From: Octopus bimaculoides
Lineage: Eukaryota
NCBI RefSeq assembly: GCF_001194135.2
Contig: NC_069003.1
Span: 32,017,369-32,081,368, forward strand
Direction: 5' to 3'
Length of the DNA stretch: 64,000 bases
A model generated the notes under the pieces. It was not told where the DNA came from. It saw only the letters and a list, made by a program, of their open reading frames with translations, and searched no databases. Each line of letters starts with the position of its first letter. Within the stretch, counting starts at the first letter, position 1. A program made the position numbers and the translations under genes. This document shows positions 35,549-48,887 of this stretch, one piece after another.

Positions 35549-37239
35549 CTGGTAGACAAAGGAAGAAGAAAAACCATGTACGCATACATTGCCACATCAT
35601 CAACATTTGAACACCCACTTTCTCATACTTGCATAGGCTGGATGGAGTTTATTGAAGCGCAGATTTTCTATAGCTGGATGCTCTTCCTATCACCAACCCT
35701 CACCTATCCCCAAGCAAGGTAATATCTCTGTATGACCAGAATATTGGAAATGACACTGCTTGTGTGACAGTGACAATCATTTGCAACTATTACACATTGT
35801 CAAGACAAAGACACACACACACACACACAAGAAGCTTCTGTTTAGCTCCTGTCAACCAAGTCCACTCACAAAGCTATGGTCACCCTATGACTACAGTAAG
35901 AGACATTTACCTAAGGTCCGATCCAATGGGACTGAACCTGGAACTATGTGGTTGGGAAGCAAACTTCTTACCACACAGCCATCCTGTGCCTGTGATAATG
36001 ATAATGATAATACACACACATACACACACACATACACACACACATACACACACACATACATACATACATGCATACAAGCACACACAAACAAATGCACAAA
36101 TGAAAGGAAACAGCAATCAAAATCTTTCAGAGTTTAATTGTATTAACAGTCTGACTCAGAACCACATTAAGTTGAAGTTTCACACAAGTGAGAAAAGACA
36201 CTCCTGTTTGTTTGGATGCAACTTTTTACCAAAAATATGTCACAAAAATTTACTGTACATTCTAGAGCAGGCATGGGCAACCTTTTGCAAGAAGTGGGCC
36301 ACATGAGACATGACTCATCATCCTCGTTTAATGTCTGCTTTCCATACTGGCATGGGCTGAACAGTTTGACAGGAACTGGGCAGTCAGAAGACTGTGCCAA
36401 ACTTCTGTGTCTGTTTTGGCATGGTTTTTATGGCTGGATGCCCTTCCTAATACTAATAAAAATAAAAATTCAACACAATTTTGCACTTATGTATGCAATT
36501 CAGAAAGTCTCGTAGGCTACAGTTTGTCTACAACTGTCCAAGGAATGGTTACCTAGGCTAAACTTTCCAAGCCACTGTACTGTAAAAATATGACAAAAAT
36601 GGAAATTATAAAATGGTTAACAGTCTCTATGCCACTGTCACTCTGATAAAATATGTGTAAGGGCTGAGACTGTCTTTAATCTTTTACCTGATCAAGTCAC
36701 TGGGCTGTGGCCATGCTGGAGCACCACCTTGAAGTGTTTAGTCAAACAAATTGATCCCAGGACTTATTTTTTAAACCTAGTACTTATTCTATCAATCTCA
36801 TTTGCCAAACTGCTAAGTTATGCAGACATAAACAAACCAACACCAATACAGAGATCTACATACACACATGTAATTATATATTTTGTGTGTGTATGTATGT
36901 ATGTATATATGATGGGCTTCTACACAGTTTGCTTTCCAAATTCATTCACAAGGTGTTTGTTGTCCCAGAGCTATTGCAGAAGACACTTGCCCAAGATGCC
37001 ATGCAATGGGATTGAACCTGAAACCACTTTGTAGTAAAGCAAACTTCTTAAGCACACAGCCATGCCTACACCTTTGATGTTTAATATTTCATTTCTCAAA
37101 AATTTTCAAATCAGTATTGGAGTGCATCTTTAAGGCCAGCATGTCTTCAATGTAGAAAGTATAGTAATTAGAAGAAATATAATCATGAAAGGTTTTAAAT
37201 ATACATTTAGTTGAATATGTATTGAGAAAATAATTTTAC

Positions 37240-37371
37240 CAAGGTTATTCTCATCATCAGAACTTTTCCTTTTGTCGTCACCATCCTCTTCATCACTAGA
37301 AATCTGTTGTTTCTTTTTTCTAACCCTTTCTTCTGACTCACTGTCAACACTGCTTGCATGAGATTCAGCAT
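37240..37371 (-). CDS. LEO1: LEO1 exon 4 (DAESHASSVDSESEERVRKKKQQISSDEED...)
   Basis: TTCTCTATCAG| acceptor and G|GTAAAA donor, phase 1 to 1, frame open. Confidence 0.85.
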
Positions 37372-37933
37372 CTGATAGAGAATGGATAACACAAAATTCC
37401 GTAACATCTCCTCACTTAAATACATGGAAAATATTACTGTATTTTCTGGTATAAAAGTAAAATTTTTCAGACAAGATTTACAGCCAAAAATAAAAGGTAG
37501 GTTGACTTATACACCAAGACAACTTTGGAGGACCAAAAATTCAATGCGAAATGCAGCAGTATTTGGAAAGATAATGATGATATTTGAGTGTTTATACTGC
37601 ATGTGACATGACTCATCGTCAGGCAAGTCACACTACTAACAAAATGCAATGTAATTTTTTTGTTAGACATACCATCCAGAAAGTCCCACAGGCTGCAGGT
37701 CGTCCATAACAGGTAAAATCATAGAATAATTGAAAATTACACATTCAAAAATTTATTGTTTCAAATTTAATGAATGGAAAAAGAATTCTTAATTTTGAAA
37801 AGGAGACTATTTCAAACTTGAAATTTAGCATCAGCTAACCAGATGTTAGACAACAATTGTTAGAGACAGGATTAAACAGCTACAATTTTGTTTCCAGAGA
37901 AAGGTCCTTCCTACCACTAGCTGCTCAGTAGCT

Positions 37934-37981
37934 GAAGTAGGATGGTTATGAAGTAGGATGGTTATGAAGTAGGATGGTTAT
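37934..37981. repeat. Perfect 16-bp tandem repeat x3 (GAAGTAGGATGGTTAT)
   Basis: Direct reading of the sequence. Confidence 0.9.
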
Positions 37982-38432
37982 GTTGGCTCAGCCAGGCAAA
38001 CTGGAACCAGAAGAGTTATGTACCTTCATTGAAAAAGATATAATACAATGGCTGAAATGAGATTTGAACTTCTGACCACGTAGTCAGTAGTCCAGCACCT
38101 TAACTATAGAGAGAGACATTGTGAACAAATTGAAAAGCATGCACTAATGAGGGATACTTTATGTGGTCATTCGATCTGCTAGAAACAGCAGCCAAATCTT
38201 CCTTAAATCACATCAAAGTGTCTTAAAACAAGATTGAACTGGACAGAGTAGTCTCATACACAGAAACATAGACTGATCAGGACTGGAATGTCACTGGTCA
38301 TGTCTTTTCAATTGATGCTAACTCGGTGTTAAACAACAGTAATTAAAATTAATAAAATAATAATTAATTATTATCAACTAAGTTAAACAGAATTTCAAAA
38401 CAAACTATGAAGAATGGTAAATTGGAACTTAC

Positions 38433-39788
38433 CAGACAGTTTCCGTTTCTTTTTCCTCTTCCGATACTCAGCACCAGAATCGTCACTGTCAGCTTTACCA
38501 CTGCCAGCATCAGACTTGTTCTCATCATCACTGTGATCTTTGGCACTGCTGGCTACAGAACCCTTATCTGACTTGGCATCATCATCATCACTGCCTCTTC
38601 TCACACTTCCGTTGTCTGACCCCTTATCAGAGACATGGCCTTCGTCATCGCTGCCCCTTTTTGCACTTTCATATTCTGACCCTTTGTCTGAGCCATGGCC
38701 TTCGTCATCAGACTTGTGTTTATCCACCTCCAGATCGTCATCACTACCAGCTCTTTCAGATGCCTTTTCTTCGTCAGATCTCTCTTTATCTTTAGTATCA
38801 GTTACAGACTTTCTCCCCTCTACACTACTAACACTCTTCTCATCATCACTTCTGTTATCGTCTTCTCGACTTGCCTTATCAATTTCCATTTTATTATCAT
38901 CGTCGTCCTCGTCTTCAGGTGCGCTGTCTTTATCGCCAGCATGGCTAGCTGCATCGCTGTGAGTCACTGATGGTGGAGGACTCTGATCACTGCGAACAGA
39001 AGCAGCGCGGCTTTCATTGCTCTCAGCGGGAGAAGCTGGCCTACTACCGTCACTATGTGGTGAAGCAGGTCGGCTGATATTACTACCCGTGGGTGAAGCT
39101 GGTGTACTTGCATCGCTGCCTGCTGGTGACCCTGGTTTACTGACATCACTCTGTGCAACAGAAGGTGCTTGACTGCCCTCACTTGGTGCTGGGGACCCAG
39201 GTCGACTGCCATCACTTTGATTAGAAGATCTGGCTTCACTGGCATCACTTTGGTTGGGAGAGCCAGGACGACTGGAATCACTAGCTGGGGAGCCTGCCCT
39301 ACTAGCATCACTTTGAACAGGAGAGGCCGGCTGGCTGCCATCACTCCCTGCTGGAGAAGCAGGTCTACTTACATCACTCGCTTCAGGTGAACCAGGCTGG
39401 CTAGGGTTACTAGCAGCTGGAGATGCAGCTTGGCTACCATCTACACTGGGACTTTGAGGGGCTGAACTGGCTTCACTCTTTGCTGGACTGCTTGCTCTGC
39501 TGCTCCGCTGGCTCCCACGATCACTTTCAGCTGGGCTGCTAGCTCTAGACCGATCTCCACTACCGCTACGAGCTGATGAAGCAGGAGACCCTGCAGGGCT
39601 ACCAGACCTACTACGATCACTTCTGGCTGGACTCCCAGGTTCAGAAGCGCTATCTCTTGGAGATCCGGGTGCACTGTCTGAGCCACTTTCTTGGCCACTA
39701 CCAGCTCCACTCTTTGCTGAAGCTACTGCAGAAAGAATGCTTCCTTCATTATCTGAACCGGAATCTGCATTTGACCCAGAACCACTTC
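38433..39788 (-). CDS. LEO1: LEO1 exon 3, 1356 nt, Ser/Pro/Asp-rich repeat region
   Basis: TATAATCTAG| acceptor and G|GTAAGT donor, phase 1 to 1, 452 codons open. Confidence 0.9.
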
Positions 39789-40533
39789 CTAGATTATAAA
39801 GCAAGAACAAAGAAAAATAACAAAATCAACTAAATGTTTCATAGGGAAGATTTTTGCTCCTTAAAATACTGAACATTAACTATAACACTTTAACCCTTTC
39901 ATTACTGTATTTATTTTGAGATGTTTTGTGTTTCTTTCAATTAATTTTAAATATAACAATGAATTTAGTAAAATAACTTAGTTATCATTAAGTTAGTGTT
40001 AGGAGCATAAATTGTGACTAAGGTTTGGGGGAAGATTTTAATTCAAAACCTATGAAAACAAGACATTTGTACTACAGAGCCAAAGGCGGTTTCAGCTGGG
40101 TTAGTAATGAAAGGGTTAACAAACAAGAAGGGGTTACATTTGATGTGCCTTTAAATTTCATCACATAAAAAAAGTATAAACCCTTCAGATTAATGTAAAA
40201 TTGTTTATATTATAACATATAAAAACAAACAAACACACACACACACACATATATGAACAAAAGTAGCTTCTATGCAGTTACTCAACCTCCAAGAAATAAC
40301 AGTGAAATCTCTATCACACAACACCCTACCATCTTAAAAATAAGGAAGGGCACATTAAATAATGTAGTTCATTTTAAAATGTGTGCAGGTATGTATTAAG
40401 AATGTTCACTTCACAATCAGATGGTTCACATGGTTTTTAAAAATTTTATTTGGAACACTAAGTGTGTTAAAGTCATACAATTGATATTTGCACAGAAAAA
40501 CCAAATCAGTATAAAGAATTAGTTTTATTTTAC

Positions 40534-40602
40534 CAGATTTTTCATCACCTGAGCCACTGCGCTGACTTAAGGGACTGGCAACAGGACTCGCAGGTCCTGA
40601 TC
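40534..40602 (-). CDS. LEO1: LEO1 exon 2 (RSGPASPVASPLSQRSGSGDEKS)
   Basis: TTTTTTCCACAG| acceptor and G|GTAAAA donor, phase 1 to 1. Confidence 0.8.
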
Positions 40603-42883
40603 CTGTGGAAAAAAGAAAACAAAAACATGTTAGCTTACTAGTTTTATATTTATATATATATATATATATATNNNNNNNNNNNNNNNCTAACCGGCTTTCA
40701 TTGTGGAGCAAATTTTCAAGAAGAAGGAGAATGAAAATGATTTTTACAAAGAAGTACAAAATGAAGAAAATAATATATAAAAAAATAAATATATATAAAA
40801 AAATAAATATACCAATACATTATATTGTCTTTGAGCTTTTGAAGTTCAATGGTAATCCATGTATATAATGGTTGGAGAAATAAGGATGCATGAGAATTCA
40901 GAGTTGTGTTAGGTTTAAAAAAAGGGTTAAAAGTTTGTGTTAAGCAGGAAGTGTGCTGTCAAAACAGGAAGTGTGTGTAAGGGGAGACAAATGTTTTTAG
41001 TTGGAGTTATGAACTCTTTTTCAACAGGAAGTTCCTGTTTCAACATAAACTGTGGTTGAGCAATTCTTAGACACACCAAATGTAACAACCTGGCCCTTTG
41101 AACTGCAGATACAACTCATTTTTGCCAGCTGAGTAGAGTGGAACAGCATGAAGTAAAGTGTCTTGCTCAAGGATACTACGAACTGCTGGGAATCAAACTC
41201 ACAAATTCATGATAGTGAGCCAAAATATACTAACTACTAAGCCATATGTCTTTTACTGGTAGTGAAGAAGAAACTACGACATATAAAGTACAGACTATCT
41301 GATGACACATAGTTACATCTACTCCATTTTACATTTCACTCTCAAGGCTTGGATTGATACAAGATGATGACAGAAAACACTTGTGTAAAGTGCTGTATAC
41401 AGGTGGGGTTGAATTTAGAATTTCACGAAGATGGAGAAATAACCTTAATTACATAGCATTCTCCCTGCACCATATCTCATTTACCTTAGGGGCCACAGAA
41501 GTTAAATGGATGATTTCTTTTTGATTGCAAATTAACTCTTTTGTTAGCATTTTCTGTTGAAATAGACTCTTTTTCTTTCAATTAATTTTGAAAATAATGA
41601 AAAAAAATTAGCAAAATAATTTTGTCACTATTAAGCGGATGCCTGGAGCATTAATTAACACAGAATTTTGAGGGATGGTTTTTTTTTTTTAAATTCATAT
41701 CACTTTAACCTGTTTGTTACCATATTTTTGTTGAAATATACTGCTTTTGTTTTAATTAATTTTGAAAATAATGAAGAATTTATTAAAATAGCTCTTTCCT
41801 TATCAAGATGGTGTTTGCAGTATAAATTAAGGTTTTAGTTTAAATCATTTTAAAACAGAAAGCTTGTATCATAGAACCATGAGTGGATTCAGACAGGTTG
41901 GTATCATAAGGGTTAAAACAGGTACTTTATATAATAGACCCAGGGACAGTCTCAGTTGGATTGGTACCAAAAAGGTTTAAAATCCTCCGAAAATACTGCC
42001 TTAAAAATACACTGAATGACTTTTATCTGGTAAATCCTATGGTACAGAACAACTGCTAGACCAGAGCAGGGCATACAGCTGTTAGGTCACATCTATTTTT
42101 TTTTTTGAGAATTTCTAGTGATAGTATTCTAATCCATTAATCAATGCTTCAGGAAGGTTCAGAAGGATAGGGAAAGGAAGGCGGGGTAGGTGGAGAGTTC
42201 CTCTTAATTGTCATAATTGACACATTCCTCTGTACAATATTTTTACCATCCAATCTCCATCCACTCACTCATCCAGAACTGTTTCAAGCACTACAAAAGC
42301 TAAAAGAACAACAAAATATATATTGATTACATTGAACTAACTTAACCCTCCTTGTACTCAATCACCTCCTCCTCCTCCTTCTCCAAACACACAAGTCAAC
42401 TGCTTTATCAGTGAAAGCACACAAGCCTGCTTCATCCGTAATAACAAATGCAAGGAATATTTAATATTGCCGGAGGAGGTATTTTTTTTTCAAGACAAAA
42501 AGCTGTTGATAAAAAAAAAAAAAAAAAAGAATCAAAAAAATATATATGAAAAAAAAAAACTATACACAAATAATATGAGATGGAATTATTTGAAAGAAAA
42601 CAGAAAAGAGCCTTTTTTTTTTGTTTTGATAAAAAGGAAAGATAGTAAATTAATAATTTAAAATCCTGTTTACTGAACGACTCCCTTAAAGGGAACCATA
42701 GCAACAAGTTTTGAAGTGTGCTGACAGTTTTGCAAGAGGTGTTAATGAGATTTTTCTGCTTTTTTTTTTCTTTTGGATTATTATAAAGGGTTACAGGAAG
42801 GTAAACAATTAGGAAATGGAAACCAAAGAAGAGGAGGCGACAAGTTTTTAGAACTATAAACTAAAACAATTCCAAATTATTGC

Positions 42884-43580
42884 TTAACCCTTTTGCTGCA
42901 GAAATCAGATATATCCACTCAAAATTTCATTACCCTTAACAGTGGAAAGCGGTTCCATACACCAATCTATCTTTTGTTGGGGAATGTCATGGTTGGAACT
43001 ATTTTCTCTTAAGATATGGCAAATTTATTGTGGCAACATGACTTGCAGAAAATACCAATCCTGATTTTTTAAAAAAGATATTTAACATCATTACTGGCAT
43101 AAACAGGTAATTTAATTTCACAGTGAAAGGGTTAAGGGACCTTGTCAAACCTGTGATCAAAGACACTCAACCATGACTGTCCTACTTTTTTTACTAGTTA
43201 CACTGAATTCAAGACCACATGATCCAATGTCTCCTATTTTTATTTTAACCCTTTTACTGCAAAAATCAGATATGTCCACCCAAAACTTTCACCGCCCTTA
43301 ACTGCAGAGAGCAGTTTTATTCACCAATCTATCTTTTGTTGAGGAATGTCATGTTTGAAACTAATTTTTGTTGAGATATGTCAGGTTAATTGAGGCAACA
43401 CGACTTGCAGAAAATACCAATTCTGTTTCTTATCAGACATTTAACATTATTACTCGAATAACCATGAAATTTGATTTTACAGTGAAATGATTAAGGAACC
43501 TTATCAAACCTTTGATTAAAGACATTCCAACCATGACTGTTGCACTTATTTTCTAGACACACTGAATTCAAAAAATACCA
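42884..43580. repeat. Tandem duplication (period 361 bp) of a TTAA-flanked MITE (family C, about 244 bp) plus an attached SINE-derived segment
   Basis: TTAACCCTTTT starts at 42884 and 43245. There is a partial third copy at about 43830-44040 and an inverted copy at 29130-29421. Confidence 0.75.
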
Positions 43581-44391
43581 ATGTTATTTTTTTGGTAGGT
43601 ATTTAAAATCATTACTGGAATAACCATGAAATTTAAACAGTGAGAAAGTCTTAAAATAAAAAAAAAAGGAGGAAGAAGAAATGGGGATAGGGAGCATCAG
43701 GTGTACTGGTGGTGAATTTCGGGGAGCATGGCAGTTTTCAAGGTTGTAGTGGTCTCAACAGCTGACAACTGATGGAGGTAATTTATTCCATACTTCAGCA
43801 ATTCTAAGTGTGTAAAAATGTAAATATGAAATTTTACATTAACCTATTTATTAATGGAAATCAAATATATTCAATCAAAATTTGATTACCCTTAACTGAA
43901 AGTATTTTTTTTATCAAGATATTTCAAGTTTGAGACAATGAGAGTTGCAGAAAATACCAATTCTATTTTTTTGGTAGATATCTAATATCATTACTGAAAT
44001 AACTGAAATTTAATTACATAGTGAAATGGCTAAATGAAATGTAAATTATATTGTAAAAGCGTGTAAAAACTATTAAAGAAACATATCTATAGAACAGGGT
44101 TGAATCAAAAGTCTGAATCCAAAATCTGTTGATAGGAACAAAATTGCTTCAACCAGATCCTCTTTCATGGAAACTCTTCAATCTAATTTAGTTAATTTTC
44201 AATGTAGAAAGCAGTCAAATTAGTATCTGTGAAAATGGGAATTTTAATGCATTATATAATAATTTGTGATTGCACATGGTTGAGTGGTTAGTGTGTTGCA
44301 CTAATGATCACAAAATTGTGGTTTCAATTCCCAGACTGGCAGTATGCTGTGTTCTTGAACAAAACACTTCATTTCCTGGCTTTAAGGGTAT

Positions 44392-44573
44392 TACGAAAGG
44401 CCTGGCTGGAGGCACAACCTTCTGAGTTCTTTTACAGGGCTTAGAAAAACTGGAGGGCTCCTGCAATAAGTGTGTGAATCTGAGAAGGTAATATATTCGA
44501 TAAAATCATAATTAACTGATCCTCCTGTATTTTCTATTACCCAAAGCCAAGAACTTTTCAGCACACCCTCGTA
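44392..44573 (-). mobile_element. Mariner left end (TA-CGAGGGTGTGCTGAAAAGTTC)
   Basis: TIR plus about 180 bp of 5' sequence; TIR of the same type as the 987-1092 MITE. Confidence 0.6.
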
Positions 44574-45655
44574 AATCAAGCATTTTCTAGTTATTTTTTT
44601 AAGTTTTAAAACACAGAGCAACTGAAGACTGTAGTTCTTAAGAGCGCTTAAGCTACAGCAAAATCAATGTGACAAGAATTTTCAATTATTAAGTGAACCC
44701 AGGAAGTTTTACTCTTTCGTGATCTTCGTTTTCACATTTCTAAGATTAACGAGAGAGAGAGAGATACACACACACACACCAGAATAAAGTGTTCGTATTT
44801 TAAAATCTCAATCAAAATTGAAGAGTTAATTATTACATTTTTATATTTGAAACAGTAACCAGTGTTTGAATGAGAATTTGACATCTGTACAGAAATATTG
44901 ATTTTTTTTCCACAAGACAAATGATTAGTTTCTGTGGGGGATGGAGAGAGAAAGACTGAACGAAACAATACTGGTTGTTGCTGTTGTTAACCCTGAATTA
45001 GCCATAGAGAGCAAATTTATGACAAAGACACTTTTGTCAGAACTAATCTGACTTTTACACAGAATCTATCAGAGATTATATCCTCCAGTGCATTCTTTAC
45101 TGAATCTTGTGAAGGCATGAAGCTTAGTGGTGAAGGTCATGAGTTGGATTCCTGGTGGCATGTTGTGCCCTTGAGCAAGACACTTTTTATTTCATGTCGC
45201 TCCAGTCCACTCAGCTGGCAAAAATGTGTTGTATTAGTAATTCACAGGGCTAGCCTCGTCACATTCTGCATCTTGCTGAGTTGCTTGCACATTAATATTA
45301 CGAGCAAGCTGTTCTGTTGATTGGATCAACTGAAACACTTGTCATAACTGACAGAATGCCAGCCAGACAGTTTAAGAGAGTTGTCTAAATCGCCTCCATG
45401 TTGGATTTAGGTTCCTAACCAGAAGCAGAACTGTGAAATGGTGGACATAATCTAGAATCCCATTTCTGCAATTGTGAAACAGTATAAAAAAAATAAATCA
45501 TCTGCTTGTTTGCTTCCCAACCGCATGATTCTGGGTTCAGTCACACTGTGTGGACTGTGTGACATCTTGGGTAAATGTCTTCTATAACCCTGGGCCTTCC
45601 AAAGCCTTGCAAGTTGATTTGGCAGTTGGAAACCAAAAGAAGCCTCTCATGTATA

Positions 45656-45714
<59 letters not shown>

Positions 45715-45859
45715 GATTAAATAAAAAGACAACAAATGGAAATATGACATACCTATGTGTGCGCGTGTATATACATATATAATTTTTAAAAATTTTAGTA
45801 CAAAAATATATACATATATATATACATTTATATGTGTATAAGACAGCTCTCTTACACTT

Positions 45860-46265
45860 ATTTCTAGCTGTTGTGAATGCTGGGTAATGACTGACCGTAA
45901 GAGTACAATTACAAATATAAGCATCTGAAATGAGGTTGCTCTGAAGAATCTCTGGAGAAATGTTACATGAAGAATACATAGCTCAGAGATCAGGGTGTCT
46001 TTCCATTGAGAGGTTACAACTCTGGTACGACAGACATGGGGTAAGAACTGAAGGAAAGAATTGCAGGATGGAGGATCCAACTGGGAGGAGACCCAGGGGT
46101 AGACCAAGAATGAAATGGTTGAATCTCATCCATAATCTCAGTTGGTCATGCTTGGGAATCTAGCCGGAAAGTCTAATGGGGGTTGCTTCTGATAGGACCC
46201 TGAGGGGGAGGTGCCTGAATATTCTACTCCCACGGTCCTCCCAGTAATAATGGGTGGAGAAGATG
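45860..46265 (+). mobile_element. RTE LINE 3' fragment
   Basis: RLQLWY...PTGRRPRGRPRMKWLNLIH is the RT C-terminal motif of RTE elements. Confidence 0.65.
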
Positions 46266-48251
46266 AATGGAATGAATAGAGGAATAAATGGCAAAATTAA
46301 TACTACTGAGATAACGGAACTATATTTTTTATCACCATTTTATCTATTCAGTTATGCATATTTAGATATTTGCATGATGTGAAAATGTGTTGGTTTTTTT
46401 TTTTTTTATTACACGGATGTCATTATTAATGTCGAATCAAATTGTTATTTAATTACCATTTCATTGAAGTCGATAGATAAATGTGTATGTTATTAGTGTT
46501 AATAACCCATGTTAACTCTGATCCAACAGACTTATGATCAATGGTGTTCCAACTATGACCAACCAACCTTATTTTCTGACATATGTAGGACTACATTATT
46601 CAATTTGGTCTTCTTTGAGGATGATTTTCAGGGAAATTTAGTGGTTAATTCTCTTAGGTTCATTAACCACAGAGACTCTCATTAGCTTATTGCTTTAGTT
46701 GATGTTAAACCAAGTGCATCCTGATCGACAAACCACTCCATTTCGTACAGCCAGTGTAAATACAGAACATTATTTAATGTGCCCTTGTTTATGATAAAGA
46801 CTACACAGAGATTTGACTGCTATTTCTAGCAAGTCAAGCAACCATATACAGTTTTCCACACAGGCTTGATTATATTGCCAACAGATGAGATAGAAGCCAT
46901 GATTTTGAGGACGATAAATCACATTCAAACCAGCATGGCCTCTATTTCAGATATAGGACAATCTGTATCATCTAGCTTTACATCTGTCTATCTATACCCA
47001 TCTATTTATCTACCAATATGTACACAATAAAGCAGCTTCCCACATATATATACACACACATACATACATACTTGTACATGAGAGCTATGATCTTGCAGTC
47101 TACCAGCATTCTTGTATTATATAGATATATGGGATCCTGCATTATCTGATACATACATATTTCTATTACTCTTTCCTATATAAAATATATTTGAGACTTG
47201 AACATTTTCTCTTCCAAAATTTTTTTTTAACAAATCTATATTTAGAAGAGCAACACCATTTTATCTCTTGAAGTTAATTCTCTATGATTCTCAAAACAGG
47301 AAAAAAATGTTGGTTAAAAAAAATGTATAATTTATTGATATTTTAATCGAGAAATTGAACAGTGAGTGTGTGTGTGTGTACTAGTTTCAAATGCAAAGCA
47401 GTCTTGGCTTTCAGCAGGAGAATCCTCAAGAGACCATCCAAAAATTTAAGAGCTGATTCCGAAATGGAAATGGGTAGTTTTGACTAATTTATATGCAGAG
47501 AATTGAAGTTATTTAATGAAACCTTTCCAAGAATATCCAATTTATTTTCTGAACAAGTTTACTTAAAAATGTCCATTTATTTTGAAGAAATTTGATTTAC
47601 ATTTATAATCTGAACATGCATTATTTTATGGGAAAGTCTAACCCATTCATGAGCATGCTTCTAATGAACAACATGGTTTATCTATTAATTAGTTGGTTTG
47701 TATTTGTTTATTTTAAAACAAAGAAGAATTTGTTGAGATTCTGTAAAATAACTCCTTCATTAATAGGTATATAAAGGAAGATTGTGAGTTCTGACATGAA
47801 ATGAAAATAGAAAGTTACTCATTAAATTTGAATACATTTTTGAAAACAGGTTTAACCATTATTCATGCACATCCATCACGTGTCCACATGAGCACAGTCT
47901 TCACTCTTGAATGCTACATTTGTAAAAAAAATGTGCTTGTCTGTGCTCGATGGTTTCAAATTTTGATACAAGGCCATCAATTTCAGAGAATGCCTAAATA
48001 TTCTACCTGTTTTATGTTTAAACCGGCCAGGTCCGGCTTTTCTCACCTACCCTACAATGTCACTCTAAAAATATATAAAACACATCATTGAAATCCCAAC
48101 ACAAGATATTGCAGGATTAATTCAAAACAATGTAAATAAATAAGGATTATAATAGACAGAGAGTAATTTGAATGCTAAAGGGTTCAAGTAATCTAGTTCT
48201 AAATTATCCTGGATAAACATGCTACTCACCCCATCATTTTAAGATAGAGAG

Positions 48252-48887
48252 CAGGGGTTTTCAACCATTTTTTGTCTGTGGACCCCTTTGATTACTATTT
48301 TATTCTGGTGGGCCCTCAAATCCATTCTCTGTTTAAAAACTAGTTCTATAGAAACTTCTTGCAAAATTCCTATTTTGTTTTTCACCCCAAGCTGTTTCTT
48401 GCAATACATAATGATACATACATGTAAAGCAACATTTTCCCAGGGGCCCTTAGAATACTTATTGTAGATCCCCAATTGCTTACTTTGTGTGGACCCCTAA
48501 AAATCTTGTATGGACCCCAGCTGAGAACCAATGATATAGAGCAGGGGTTCTCAACCATTTTTTTTATCTATGGACCCCTTTGATTACTATTTTATTCTAG
48601 TAGACCCCCCCCCCAAAGCCATTTGATGTTTGAGAACTAGTTTTATAGAAACTTCTTTCAAAATTCCTATTTAGTTTTTCACACATTAGCTTGTATAGGT
48701 TGAACTATGTAAAATGTTTGGGAGAGAAACCTAGCTGTTTCTTGTAATATATACATCTAAGGCAAAATTTTTCTGGGGGTCCTTAAAATAGTGTTGTGGC
48801 TGCCAAATTTACTATTTTGCTATGCGGATCCCTGAAAATCTTACGTGGACCCTCAGGGGCCATATGGACCCCAGCTGAGAACCACTG
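48252..48887. mobile_element. Two head-to-tail hAT/Charlie MITEs (48252-48533, 48542-48887) separated and flanked by an 8-bp target site
   Basis: ATAGAGAG-CAGGGG...CCAATG-ATATAGAG-CAGGGG...CCACTG-ATATAGAG. Confidence 0.85.

Noticed and set aside
38540-39833. Plus-strand and alternative-frame ORFs over LEO1 exon 3 (38540-38962, 38695-38970, 38964-39344 etc.)
   Set aside because: These are antisense or off-frame shadows of a Ser/Asp-rich low-complexity exon, with no independent signals.
42884-43650. Repeat arrays considered as CRISPR-like (also 63185-63800 and 37934-37981)
   Set aside because: Eukaryotic context, no constant repeat with unique spacers, and no cas genes.
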